The position numbers were made by a program, and so were the translations under genes. From Octopus sinensis (lineage: Eukaryota), in the NCBI RefSeq assembly GCF_006345805.1, contig NC_043025.1, forward strand, positions 16,058,001-16,122,000: a DNA stretch of 64,000 nt, given 5' to 3'. Numbering within the stretch: position 1 is the first letter of the stretch; every line of letters begins with the position of its first letter. The notes beneath the pieces are model-generated. The model was not told the origin of the DNA. It saw only the letters and a program-made list of their open reading frames with translations, and did not search any database. Shown here in pieces: positions 40,130 to 49,449 of this stretch.

Positions 40130-41075
40130 TATGTTTGACTTTTGCTTTACATTTGCACAAGCTGGCTCCAAGTCTCACCCAGAGGTCTCAAGAGACAACA
40201 AGTTGGAAGTTCATGTTGGTGTTATGCCTAGGGTGCCATATATTTAGTGTTGTACTTAGTGAATGCCTAAAAAACCATAAGAAAATTATGTTTGTTTTAA
40301 AACTTGAGATTACAAAGAAAGTATTTAGCGTAGGATATGGGCAGTTCCCACGAGCACTATCTTTTGAATTTCTGCCATTTTGGGGTTTCTTGGTATCTGA
40401 GTTAGGTAGCGATCAGCCCCTTTTGCTATCATTCCCAGGGCACCTATGACAACAGGTATTGTTTTAGTCTTCAGCTTCCACATTTTGCTGATTTCTATTT
40501 CAAGATCTTTATATTTGCTCAGTTTTTGGTAGGTCTTGACTGATACATTTATATCGATTGGGACAGTCATATCAATGAGGATTATTATCATTATTATTAT
40601 TATTATTATTATTATTAATCGAGTGGTGAGCTGGCAGGGTCGTTAGCAAACCAGGCAAAATGCTTGATAGCTTCTCATTCATCTTTATGTTGTGAGTTCA
40701 AATTCATCTGAGGTCAACTTTGCCTTTCGTCTTTTCAGGGTCGATAAAACAAGTACCAGTTGCATACTGGGGTTGATCTAATTAACTTCCCCCACCCCCG
40801 AAATTGCTGGCCTTGTGCCAAAATTTGAAATTATTATTGAGTGAGAGAGCAGTGCATGCCATCAAAGTTATTATTATTATTATTATTGTTGTTGTTGTTT
40901 GGCTTATTATCATTTGCTGCTGTTGTTGTTGTTAATGTGTTTCCCTCTTCTTTCCAGGGCTTTTATCGGGACCTACGATGCAGTAAACCGTCTCTCAGCT
41001 TCAAACTCACTCGGCAGTTCACATTTGCTCAACATCACAGCGCATCACGTTGCACATGGCGCAGTGCCTAAATAG
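5208..41075 (+). CDS. Spliced gene model (5'-partial, 11 exons, 883 coding nt, ~293 aa): Aa_trans/AAAP-family amino acid transporter, SLC36/SLC38/AVT3-ANT1-like
   Basis: Exons 5208-5288, 9881-9958, 11619-11688, 14122-14186, 16597-16663, 21436-21484, 22188-22256, 25280-25353, 34999-35150, 37721-37780, 40958-41075. All are AG/GT bounded and every intron phase is compatible. Translation: [293 protein letters not shown]. The motifs Y-x-x-EG, GYLSFG-IITLNLP, FFTYP and IP-F-L-GA-LP are typical of Aa_trans permeases. Confidence 0.93.
5651..7556 (+). repeat. GC-rich ~60-bp minisatellite (~31 units, mixed variants) forming the expanded 5' part of a family C SINE that ends at ~7750
   Basis: Units TGGCCCCCGTGCCGGTGACACGTAAAAGCACCATCCGTTCGTGGCCGTTTGCCAGCATCGCC and TGGCCCCGTGTCGGTGGCACGTAAAAGCACCATCCGTTCGTGTCCGTTGCCAGCTCTGTC. 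Confidence 0.95.
9881..9958 (+). CDS. Transporter exon: [25 protein letters not shown]
   Basis: aattttag|TTTTTTAGCC...GTTGT|gtgagt; phase fits both neighbours. Confidence 0.9.
11619..11688 (+). CDS. Transporter exon: [23 protein letters not shown]
   Basis: ctttcag|AATTCAC...TACGAG|gtgagt. Confidence 0.92.
11942..12874 (+). mobile_element. 5'-truncated, 5'-inverted RTE/RTEX-like LINE with (GAT)n tail and 11-bp TSD
   Basis: Plus frame [43 protein letters not shown]. The preceding peptide [30 protein letters not shown] is on the minus strand at ~11951-12042. ATGCCAGTTGC occurs at 11942-11952 and 12864-12874. Confidence 0.88.
12289..12848 (+). repeat. 4 x 140-bp tandem of the LINE 3' end
   Basis: Units start at 12289, 12429, 12569 and 12709 and are slightly diverged. 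Confidence 0.95.
14122..14186 (+). CDS. Transporter exon: [21 protein letters not shown]
   Basis: tttgtag|GGTGCT...AGTTT|gtgagt; completes the YE-GAG motif. Confidence 0.92.
16597..16663 (+). CDS. Transporter exon: [22 protein letters not shown]
   Basis: gtttacag|TGTTTTC...TATTTA|gtaagt. Confidence 0.92.
17013..17793. repeat. Palindromic element (~110-bp arms) interrupted by a LINE
   Basis: CAATTGCAGTGTGGAAGGTGTTTATAAGCC..TTTGAGAC at 17013-17123 is inverted at 17682-17793. Confidence 0.85.
17175..17675 (-). mobile_element. CR1/L2-group LINE 3' fragment with (AAATG)n tail and 5-bp TSD GTCAT
   Basis: [27 protein letters not shown]...[10 protein letters not shown]...[14 protein letters not shown]; GTCAT at 17170-17174 and 17676-17680. 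Confidence 0.85.
17985..19000 (-). mobile_element. Degraded mariner transposase remnant containing a 36-bp VNTR
   Basis: Minus frame reads [48 protein letters not shown]...[29 protein letters not shown], containing the mariner WVPHxL motif. Confidence 0.8.
18330..18797. repeat. 13 x 36-bp tandem repeat (GCAGGGGTCGATGAATGGTTGAATGACCAAATCCAA)
   Basis: Directly visible; encodes [12 protein letters not shown] repeats in the transposase frame. Confidence 0.97.
19700..20335 (+). mobile_element. CR1-type LINE 3' end with a 3 x 123-bp tandem and (ATT)n tail
   Basis: [42 protein letters not shown]; units start at 19851, 19974 and 20097. A related short copy lies at ~59210-59390. Confidence 0.88.
20500..20874 (-). 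mobile_element. Mariner 5' end (TIR plus N-terminus)
   Basis: TIR-like TATCGGGTCATCCCATAAATAATGCGC at 20848-20874 (minus); [31 protein letters not shown]. Confidence 0.75.
21436..21484 (+). CDS. Transporter exon: [16 protein letters not shown]
   Basis: caccag|TCATTT...AAAG|gtgagt. Confidence 0.9.
22188..22256 (+). CDS. Transporter exon: [22 protein letters not shown]
   Basis: ttctcag|GGAAG...CCAG|gtaagt. Confidence 0.92.
23220..23870 (+). mobile_element. Highly degraded Penelope-like RT C-terminal fragment
   Basis: [25 protein letters not shown] resembles the PLE motif GKxFLxLIDKHFPxxHxYxKxFNRNT; upstream [10 protein letters not shown]. Confidence 0.5.
24428..24636. mobile_element. TTAA-flanked MITE, piggyBac-like non-autonomous family (representative copy)
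   Basis: TTAA|CTCTTTAGCATT ... TACTAAAGGG|TTAA. Related copies at ~1925-2200, 2920-3110, 10003-10530 (tandem), 13860 and 42670-43080. Confidence 0.65.
25280..25353 (+). CDS. Transporter exon: [24 protein letters not shown]
   Basis: ttttgcag|TGATG...AAAGGG|gtaagt. Confidence 0.9.
26488..26630. repeat. Near-perfect 65-bp-arm hairpin with 12-nt loop
   Basis: AATACCAAACTCATTCCCTATGGATACCG...GTATCTAAC-AAGCGAAAGTGA-GTTAGATACG...GAGTTTGGTATT; a single bulge. Confidence 0.95.
26727..28536. repeat. 52-bp satellite (~33 units in two blocks), each unit with a CCAAT box
   Basis: Unit GTCACCGTGACCTCGGGTCATCACCATGGATTGACCAATCAGAAGCAGCGCT; the 5' flank is duplicated at 27064-27139. Confidence 0.97.
28620..29248. 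mobile_element. pogo/Tigger-like MITE interrupted by a Helitron
   Basis: TIRs CAGTAATCCCTCG (28620) and CGAGGGATTATTG|TA (29236-29250). Confidence 0.65.
28713..29118 (+). mobile_element. Non-autonomous Helitron
   Basis: A|TC 5' end; 3' GC hairpin CCTGG-GCAACG-CCGGG 7 nt upstream of terminal CTAG|T; no TSD. Confidence 0.8.
29709..31672 (-). mobile_element. Three Helitron copies in head-to-tail array with a repeated ~190-bp flank (period ~626-630 bp)
   Basis: H0 29709-30223 has a canonical CTAG end; H1 ~30415-30849 and H2 ~31041-31479. The shared spacer AGAGTTAATGG... starts at 30241, 30867 and 31497. Confidence 0.8.
31870..32262 (+). mobile_element. Full-length SINE family A copy
   Basis: Complete head, central (TA)n linker and 3' body. 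Confidence 0.85.
33250..34752 (-). mobile_element. Penelope-like element 3' portion: GIY-YIG endonuclease ORF plus terminal repeat
   Basis: ORF 34044..34700: C..C...[13 protein letters not shown]...[16 protein letters not shown] (GIY-YIG with PLE Cys motif). The downstream ~33340-33880 matches an inverted solo copy at ~8260-8720. Confidence 0.85.
34999..35150 (+). CDS. Transporter exon: [50 protein letters not shown]
   Basis: ttttacag|AATATC...AAAGA|gtaagt; overlaps track ORF 34969..35154. Confidence 0.95.
35212..35346 (+). repeat. 8 x 16-bp G-rich VNTR (GTGAGGRTGGCTGGAG)
   Basis: Directly visible about 60 nt downstream of the exon 9 donor. Confidence 0.95.
35661..35790. repeat. 62-bp-arm palindrome (1 mismatch, 6-nt loop)
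   Basis: 35661-35722 is the reverse complement of 35729-35790 except at one position. Confidence 0.97.
35724..35774 (+). ncRNA. Type I hammerhead ribozyme motif (GUA site; non-canonical U-U at the base of stem II)
   Basis: AGCTTC-CTGATGA-T TTC ATTT GAA T-GAAA-CAG ttctagtc CTG-TA-GAAGCT: 6-bp stem I, intact core, 4-bp stem III. Confidence 0.7.
36265..36790 (-). mobile_element. ~480-bp repeat with (TAA)n tail (second copy ~39615-40100, fragment ~40838)
   Basis: Two near-identical copies ending GCATGCACTGCTCTCTCACTCAATAATAAT on the minus strand. Confidence 0.75.
37205..37452. repeat. Long (ATT)n microsatellite; also (AGT)n at 11418-11580
   Basis: Directly visible. Confidence 0.97.
37721..37780 (+). 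CDS. Transporter exon: [19 protein letters not shown]
   Basis: tattacag|GTCTACG...ATAGG|gtaagt. Confidence 0.88.
38263..38495 (+). mobile_element. SINE family B (representative copy; GCCTTTCATCCTTTCGGGGTCGATAAATTAAGTACCAG core, Nin/Deu-domain-like)
   Basis: Head GGTGAGCTGGCAGAAxCGTTAGC...GAGTTCAAATTCCGCCGAGGTCGAC. About 17 copies: ~13405-, 29480+, a dense cluster at 36020-40830+, 48435-, 48695-, 52285+, 54880+, 56120+. The domain name is from recall and is unverified. Confidence 0.8.
40128..40590 (-). mobile_element. R4/Dong-like (restriction-like endonuclease) LINE 3' fragment embedded in (TAA)n
   Basis: [37 protein letters not shown]...PVVIGALG...[13 protein letters not shown]; (ATT)n on both sides. 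Confidence 0.75.
40958..41075 (+). CDS. Transporter terminal coding exon: [13 protein letters not shown]...GAVPK*
   Basis: ctttccag|GGCTTTT...AAATAG, followed by a second in-frame TAG. Confidence 0.88.
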
Positions 41076-41847
41076 TAGCTGTGGTGGTGCTTGTGTGGCT
41101 GTGTGTGCAGTGGTGGTAGTGGTGGCAACGGTGGTGATGGTGGCGGTAGTGGTTGTTGTTGTTGTTGTTGTTGTGCTCACTTGCAGCCATTTTGCAGCAT
41201 GTGTGCACACAGATTTACAGTCCATGTGCAGCAGATCTGCAAGTCAGGTGTTCCCTGCAGAGCGTAAAGCTGAAATTGCAACTGAATGGCAGATGTTGCA
41301 GAAGGATGCATTTATTTTGACAGAAGCACCAGGTGCAGCAGCTGCACTGGAGGCGTTCGGTGGTCAGCGACCTTACGAGTGACCTGCGGCTAAAGTACAG
41401 CAACAACACTGTCAATTATAGTTGTTTGATCATAGGCTTGCTGGATCAAGACTGACCTAGGGCTAAACAGTAACAAGGAAGGACACATTAAATAATGTAG
41501 TCCTAGGTACACTATCACTGAATGAAAAAACTGGATGGTCACAGCTGGAACGTCTTTGATCTGCTGCATTAGGACTGACCTGGGACCAAACAACAGCTCT
41601 TCTGCTGACCCCCATGGGTGTTTAGAATGAAGGCCACTACAGCGCCAACCCTTAGGAACCACTGTATGACTGTCAATACATCACTGCAACATTCCACATT
41701 GTACGAACCATACAACTTGGGGAAACAGATCTGTGTGTGTGTGTATGCATTTAACATATCAGTGTGTGTGCGTGTGTGTACAGATATGCGAATGTGTGTG
41801 TATCTTCTAGCTACATTTTAACACTGCCAAATGCATAGTTGTATATG

Positions 41848-41893
<46 letters not shown>

Positions 41894-41911
41894 TATATGT
41901 GTGTGTGTGTG

Positions 41912-41956
<45 letters not shown>

Positions 41957-41981
41957 GTGTGTGTGTATATATGTATATATA

Positions 41982-42016
<35 letters not shown>

Positions 42017-43841
42017 GTGATGTGTGTGTGTGTAAGTGGTATGGGGCACAATGATACATTCTGATTAAGACAAGATTTTGGAGCTCACAAACTGACCCTT
42101 TGTTCCTTTGATCCGTGACAAAGTTCTGGTGACCATTGATTAAAATGGTGTTACTGCTGCTGGTTAGAATTCATCTAGCATTGATCAGGATGCGGTGACG
42201 GTTGCTTAAAATATCAGTAAGAGGTGTTTTACAAGGCTTTTTGGATGCTGGTGATTTGGCATGGCTGACTGGATATTGAATCTGTTTGATAAGGGTACTT
42301 TTTGGCACAGGAGACACACAGACACACAAGTGCAGAAATACACATGTAAAGATTAACTGAGTGTAGGGGAAAAACTTTGTAATTGAATGTGGTTGACATA
42401 AACACTTCCCCCTCCGATGCAAAAAGAGAAATATTCTCAGAGACAGATCGATGGAAACAGAAAGGGTGGGAGAGATGGCAAGAGGTAAAGAAAGGGAGAT
42501 ACATCATACATAAGTAGATACTCGCACACATAAAGAGAGAAAGAGACAGACAGACAGACATTACAGGAGATAGGAACTCTTCATCAGGAATTACAAAATC
42601 AACCAACAAAACTGATATTTTAAGCATCGTTAACCCCCATCGTTAATCACTGTTAAGCTCAACTGTTTGTTTAACTCTTTGCCATTCAGATTCCTGTATC
42701 AAATGTAATCCTTATTTATTGAAACTCTTTTTAATTAATCCTGCATTATCTTTTAGCTTTGAGATTTTGATGTTGTGATTGTTTATTTTAAGAATGACAT
42801 TGTAGGAGAGGTGTGAGAAGCCGGATCTGCTCAGTTTCAGCATAAAACAGAATGTTTATAGCAGATGCTCATTTGCAGTGCTAATCGGTTCATCCTTTAG
42901 CTTCCACATTATTTCTTTCAAATGAAATGTTTATTTTTTTCCCCACATTGTCGTTTCTCATAGCTTCAAGATTTTGATGGATGTGACTGTTTATTTTTAG
43001 GGTAGGTGTGAAAGGCCAGAGCTGGCTGGTTTCAACATAAGACAGAGTAGTTTTAAACCAAATAGGGATGGTTTAAATGTTAAAGTAATTCTTGCTAGTA
43101 ACCGTTTCATCACTGTTCTGTGGAATTTTGAGTGTCCGACACCCAAACCATGACCTTTGTTGCCAGTGACTTTCTTTTCCGATACAAATCCATGACAAAG
43201 TTAAACTGAAACAATGGCTACAAATGGTTTCACTTGTGTTGCCTAACTTCTGCTTTCTATTTTGGCTAGTCATATTTAAGAAGGACAATACAGTAAGCTA
43301 AGTAAACTATGATTAGAGGCAAACAATAAGTCTTATGGTGACTGGCATAGAATGTAAGCGAGCGAACATTGTAATTAACAGTGAAGATAAATGTAATTTA
43401 CCATTCGTTAAATTAAAATTATCATTGGATAATTCTAATGCACATTATACATGGTTGGGAAAGTATGAAAGTTCCATTGTATAAATGACGAAATTTATGT
43501 GTGTATATATACACATATGTATGTATGTGTATTTATATATATATATATATGTATGTACATGTGTGCGTGTGTATATATATAATATATATATATATACATA
43601 TGCACACACACGTACATATAAATATGTGTGTGTGTGTGTATAGATATATATAAATATATATATATATTTATGGAGAGAGAGAGAGAGAGAGATAAAAGCA
43701 AGGACCATTGACAAACTAAAGGACTCAATATATAAATATAAAGTGTTGTATTATAATTTTATTGATTCTCAACACTCCTTTGCAACATTGGAACCAATTT
43801 CTTCTTCACTGATAATATACACATATATATACATACGTGTG

Positions 43842-43879
<38 letters not shown>

Positions 43880-44075
43880 CGTGTATATATATATATATAT
43901 ATATATAAACAAATTCAAAATGCGATAAAATAAAATTAATTATTATCGCTGGTGTTTCTAGCACAGGCCATATATTATTCATATATAAGTACATTAAAGG
44001 CGAAGTATGTACTAGATACACAGAAGCTTGATAAATTTAGTGAAATGAAAATAAAAACTTTTACTAACTCGGTTC

Positions 44076-44150
44076 ATCTTAGACTGCAGTTTCGCCTTTT
44101 TCATCAATAAAAATAATATTTATTTACTCAGGTAGGCTCTTCAGTAAGAT
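44076..44150 (-). ncRNA. Canonical minimal type I hammerhead ribozyme (GUC site)
   Basis: Minus strand: ATCTTA-CTGAAGA-GCCT-[36-nt loop]-AGGC-GAAA-CTGCAG-TC-TAAGAT. All core nucleotides, the G10.1-C11.1 pair, a 6-bp stem I and a self-complementary stem III (ACTGCAGT) are present. Confidence 0.85.
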
Positions 44151-44196
44151 TCCTGTTATTCTGAAATCGCACCACGATAGACACATATATATATAT

Positions 44197-44251
<55 letters not shown>

Positions 44252-45082
44252 CGTATGTATTATATATATATATACATACGTATGTATGTATATTATATAT
44301 ACATACGTATGTATGTATATATATATATCATACGTATGTATGTATATATATATATATATATGTATGCATATATATATATGTATATATCTCTATGCATGTG
44401 TGTGTGTATATATATATACATACGTATGTATGTATATATATATATACATACGTATGTATGTATATATATATTATATATATATGTATGCATATATATATAT
44501 GTATATATCTCTATGCATGTGTGTGTGTATATATATATATACACACACACACACATGCAAATACTTAAGATCTGTTATGTCCCCACTTTTCAGTTTTAGA
44601 ATGCTACTTTGAAGTCACAGTCAATAAGATTACATACATATGTTATATATGTGTGTGTGTATTATTATCATATAATGTATGTGTGTATAAATATTACGTA
44701 CAGGGATAAGCATGTACACAAACGTATGTATACAGACATATTCTACACAGGTTGACAAACATGTATATTAGACTTTTTTACAAAAATGCATGTTTCTTTC
44801 ATCTCGGCGTTGTTCTATTTTCATCCTTTTTAAAACTACTTTTTCTCAAATGACCGAAAATCTCAGTCAAACGTGACCAGGCACTTTTACACCCCTTCTC
44901 TCACCTTAGATGTCCAACACCTGTTTCTATTATAACTCAACATTAAAACATACATACATACATATATAATAATAATAATAATAATAATGATGTCAAGTTT
45001 TTAGGATGGAAATTTTTGTATTTTAATAATCCATTGCTCCATACATTTCTGCTTAACACATTTGCTTTCATAAATACATTTT

Positions 45083-45930
45083 ACATTTTCATAAAGTGCA
45101 GTAAGAAGCTTACTTCCCAACCATATGGTTCTGGGTTCAGTCCCACTGCATGGCACCTTGGGCAAGTGTCTTCAACTGTAGCCTCAGGCTGACCAAAACA
45201 TTTTGAGTGGTTTTGGTAGATAGAAACTGAAAGAAGCCCATTGTGTATATATATATATATATATGTGTGTATGTGTGTGTCCCACCATCGCTTGGCAACC
45301 GATATTGGTGTGTTTACATCTCCGTAACTTAGCAATTTGGCAAAATGAGGCTGACAGAATAAGTACTAGGCTTACAAAGAATAAGTCCTGGGGTCAGTTT
45401 GTTCGAGTAAAGGCGGTGCTCCAGTATGGCTGCAGTCAAATAACTGAAACAAATAAAAGAATATATATATATATATATATATACTTTTAATTCACACATC
45501 TACTTCAAAATGTTTTAGCCCGAAGGCTGCGGCCACGCTGGGGCACCACCTTCACACATCTACTTCATGTGCATTCTTACTTTTTCATTATTACTGTATT
45601 TACCCGACACTTTAGGGTGTTCCACATAAATGACCATCCCCGAGAATTGCTCTGAAAGATGGGAATAATAATGGCAACAAGCAGCAGAGGCATTTACCCA
45701 AATAAATTAAAAGTATATATATATATATATGTGTGTATATATATATATATTCTTTTATTTGTTTCAGTTATTTGACTGCAGCCATACTGGAGCACCGCCT
45801 TTACTCGAACAAACTGACCCCAGGACTTATTCTTTGTAAGCCTAGTACTTATTCTGTCAGCCTCATTTTGCCAAATTGCTAAGTTACGGAGATGTAAACA
45901 CACCAATATCGGTTGCCAAGCGATGGTGGG

Positions 45931-45961
<31 letters not shown>

Positions 45962-46143
45962 CAATGGGCTTCTTTCAGTTTCTATCTACCAAAACCACTC
46001 AAAATGTTTTGGTCAGCCTGAGGCTACAGTTGAAGACACTTGCCCAAGGTGCCATGCAGTGGGACTGAACCCAGAACCATGTGGTTGGGAAGTAAGCTTC
46101 TTACTGCACAGGCACCCCTGTGCCTTTATATTTATGAAAATGT
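45083..46143. repeat. Inverted duplication of a family A SINE plus flank (~390-bp arms, ~250-bp spacer)
   Basis: Both arms share private variants (CAACTGTAGCC, AACATTTTGAGTGGTTTTGG, GGGTCAGTTTGTTCGAG) and the flank TTACATTTTCATAAA. Confidence 0.9.
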
Positions 46144-46352
46144 AAGATCCAAGGATTGAGGTATCGGAAGAAGGTTAGCTTCAAGCAATGCACAGGAAAT
46201 ATAAAACAAAAACTTTGAAATGGCAACTTCGGCTCAAGTGTAGCCTGTGGGACAGCCAAGGGCTTGGATATTCACCACTTCTGAGGTTCTGCTCTCTATG
46301 AAATATATGTAACCTGGATTTTATATACTCCATTCCTTAACTCTTGTGTGTG

Positions 46353-46383
<31 letters not shown>

Positions 46384-46449
46384 TATTGTATGTATTTATA
46401 TTTGTTTTTATGTTTAGTTATAATAGAAACAATTTATTATAGAGTACAA

Positions 46450-46559
46450 ATTATTCTTATACAAGAACGTTGTTGACAGAAATTTCGGTCAGCTCAGCTA
46501 TTGTTGGACTGGCTGAAGCTTTGTAGTCACTGTCAACAGCATCCTTGTATAAGAATAAT
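46450..46559. repeat. Palindromic element, 30-bp arms with structured 50-nt centre
   Basis: ATTATTCTTATACAAGAACGTTGTTGACAG / CTGTCAACAGCATCCTTGTATAAGAATAAT. Confidence 0.85.
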
Positions 46560-49162
46560 ATATATATATATATATATATATTTATTTATTAATATTTAGC
46601 AGAAGCAACAGAGTGACTCAAGGTATGAGAGCTTCATGCATTGCCCTCCCCCTTCGCCCGGCAACACACATATCTTTATTGTATCTGCATGTGTATTTAT
46701 TTATTATTTTTTTTTTACTGTTTCTTAAATGATTTCGTCAAACAAAAGGAGCCACTACTAATGATCTATGGGCGTTTTTTTCTTGAGGTGGATGGGTGGG
46801 CACTAGGATTGGTGTGAAGGGGGAGGTTGCATGTCTGCTCATTCGTATGCATGTGTGTGTGTGTGTGTGTGTGTGTGTGGTAAACCTATCATGGAACCTG
46901 GTATCCCTTCACGATGTGGTGTCAGCATTGACATCACCATTCACAGAGTTTGCTCTGTTACTGTTCTCAAACCTCCCCCCCCCAAACCCTGTGTTTTAGA
47001 CAAGTCTTCCTTGGGATCTTGGGGTCAACGGAAAGAAAAACACCCATTTGTATATATGCAGGTGCACATACACACACACACAATCCTTCAAAATTATTTT
47101 GTCATATCCTTCAAGTGAAATGTTTTTCTCTCCCCACTCCTCTTCCCCCTTTTTTGGTGGGGGTGGGTGGCAGGATAAAGGGTCGGGGCTGAAGTAGGTA
47201 GGTGGGGGGGGGCAGCAGTCGGACTGTGTTTTCGATTTTGCTTAAAACAAAAAGAATATAATATATAACTTATACATATATGTATGTATATATATATATG
47301 TGTGTGTGTGTGTGTATACATATATATATATATTTACACACACACACACACACATACATAGCTTTCAAATTCTCCACTCTGCTGTACAGATATTTATAAA
47401 ATGTACAAAAATCAGATTTTGTAAATGTTCATACATATATAAATATACATAAGTATGTATGTGTATATATTTATACATATATATTATGTACACACACACA
47501 CATATTATGGACATATATGTGTGTGTGTGTGTGTGTATATATAATTTATATATATGTGTGTATATTTATATATATGTGTGTGTGTGTGTGTATATGTATA
47601 TATATATATATATATTAATCAATTTAGGGTAGCAAAAAATTCAATAGAAATTATTTTGCCACCAGGGGTCTAGTGAGAAAGAGGAAATAGTCAAAGACTA
47701 TGAATAAATTCAACAACAATTGAGGAACGGCTACAATAGGCCATTCGACCCACTAGAAATAGCAGCCAGGGCTCCAACCGCAAATAGTAGTAATTCCGAA
47801 ATCTAAGGAAAAATTTTAAAAAATTAAAAAAACAAATTAAAAAAATTAAGGGTAAATGTTTTTTTAATTTTTCCTTAGATTTCGGAATTACTACTATTGT
47901 TGTATATATATATATCATCATCATCATCATCATCATCATTTAGCGTCCGCTTTCCATGCTAGCATGGGTTAGACGGTTCAACTGGGGTCTGTGAAGCCAG
48001 AAGGCTGCATCAGGCCCAGTCTGATCTGGCAGTGTTTCTATGGCTGGATGCCCTTCCTAACGCCAACCACTCCGTGAGTGTAGTGGGTGCTTTTTACGTG
48101 CCACCCGCACAGGTGCCAGACGGAGCTGGCAAATGGCTACGGACGGATGGTGCTTTTTACGTGCCACCAGGGGTAGAGTAATATGCTTTATATATATATA
48201 ATAAGGATTATTACAAAATAACATTAGCATTACCTTTAGGGGATTTCTCCAAACATTCACCGGTTTGCGCACAGTTAGGTATTCATAATAGATTATTCAA
48301 CAGTTCATATATAAGTCCAATAATAATTCTCGTAAGATAAGAATTTAGAGATAATTCTAAATATATTACCTTAACCATATAGGTTTCTTGGAGTATTTAA
48401 TATCAATAATAATAATAATAATAATAATAATAATCCTTTCTACCAATGGTACAAGGCCTGAAATTTCGTGGAGGGGAGGGGGCAGTCAATTACATCAATC
48501 CTAGCACTTGACCTGTACTTATTTCTTCAACTCCCCGAAAGGATGGAAGGCAAAGTCAACCTTGGTGGAATTTGAACTCAGAACGTAGCGGCAGACGAAA
48601 CACTGCTAAGCATTTCTCCCGGCGTGCTATCGATTCCGCCAGCTCGCCACCTTAATAATCATAATAATAATAATGATGATGATGATGATAATAATCCTTT
48701 CTATTATTGGCACAAGGCCTGAAATTTGGGGGAAGGGGGGCTAGTCAATTATGATCGACCCCAGTACACAATTGGTACTTATTTCTTCGACCCCAAAAGG
48801 ATGGAAGGCAAAGATGACCTTGGCAGAATTTGAACTCAGAACATAGCAGCAGACGAAATACCACTAAGCATTTTGCCCAGCATGCTAACGATTCTGCCAA
48901 CTCGCCACCTTAATAATAATAGTAATAATAATAATAATTATTATTATTATTATTACTCTTTACTCTTTTACTTGTTTCAGTCATTTGACTGCGGCCATGC
49001 TGGAGCACCGCCTTTAGTCGAGCAAATCAACCCTGGGACTTATTCTTTGTAAGCCCAGTACTTATTTATCGGTCTCCTTTGCCGAACCGCTAAGTTACGG
49101 GGACATAAACACACCAGCATCGGTTGTCAAGCAATGCTAGGGGAACAAACACAGACACACAA

Positions 49163-49195
<33 letters not shown>

Positions 49196-49449
49196 CGACA
49201 GGCCTCTTTCAGTTTCCGTCCACCAAATCCACTCACAAGGCATTGGTCAGCCCGGGGCTATAGCAGAAGACACCTGCCCAAGATGCCACGCAGTGGGACC
49301 GAACCCGGAACCATGTGGTTGGTTAGCAAGCTACTTACCACACAGCCACTCCTGCGCCTATATATATATATATATATACCGGAGTAAACACATAAATGTG
49401 AAACAAGGTGGAAAAAAGAGTACTCAAATACCAGTGGTAGAGTAATATG

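Noticed and set aside
41215-41415. Cys-rich minus-strand ORF as the last exon of a convergent gene
   Set aside because: No recognisable domain and no partner exons found downstream
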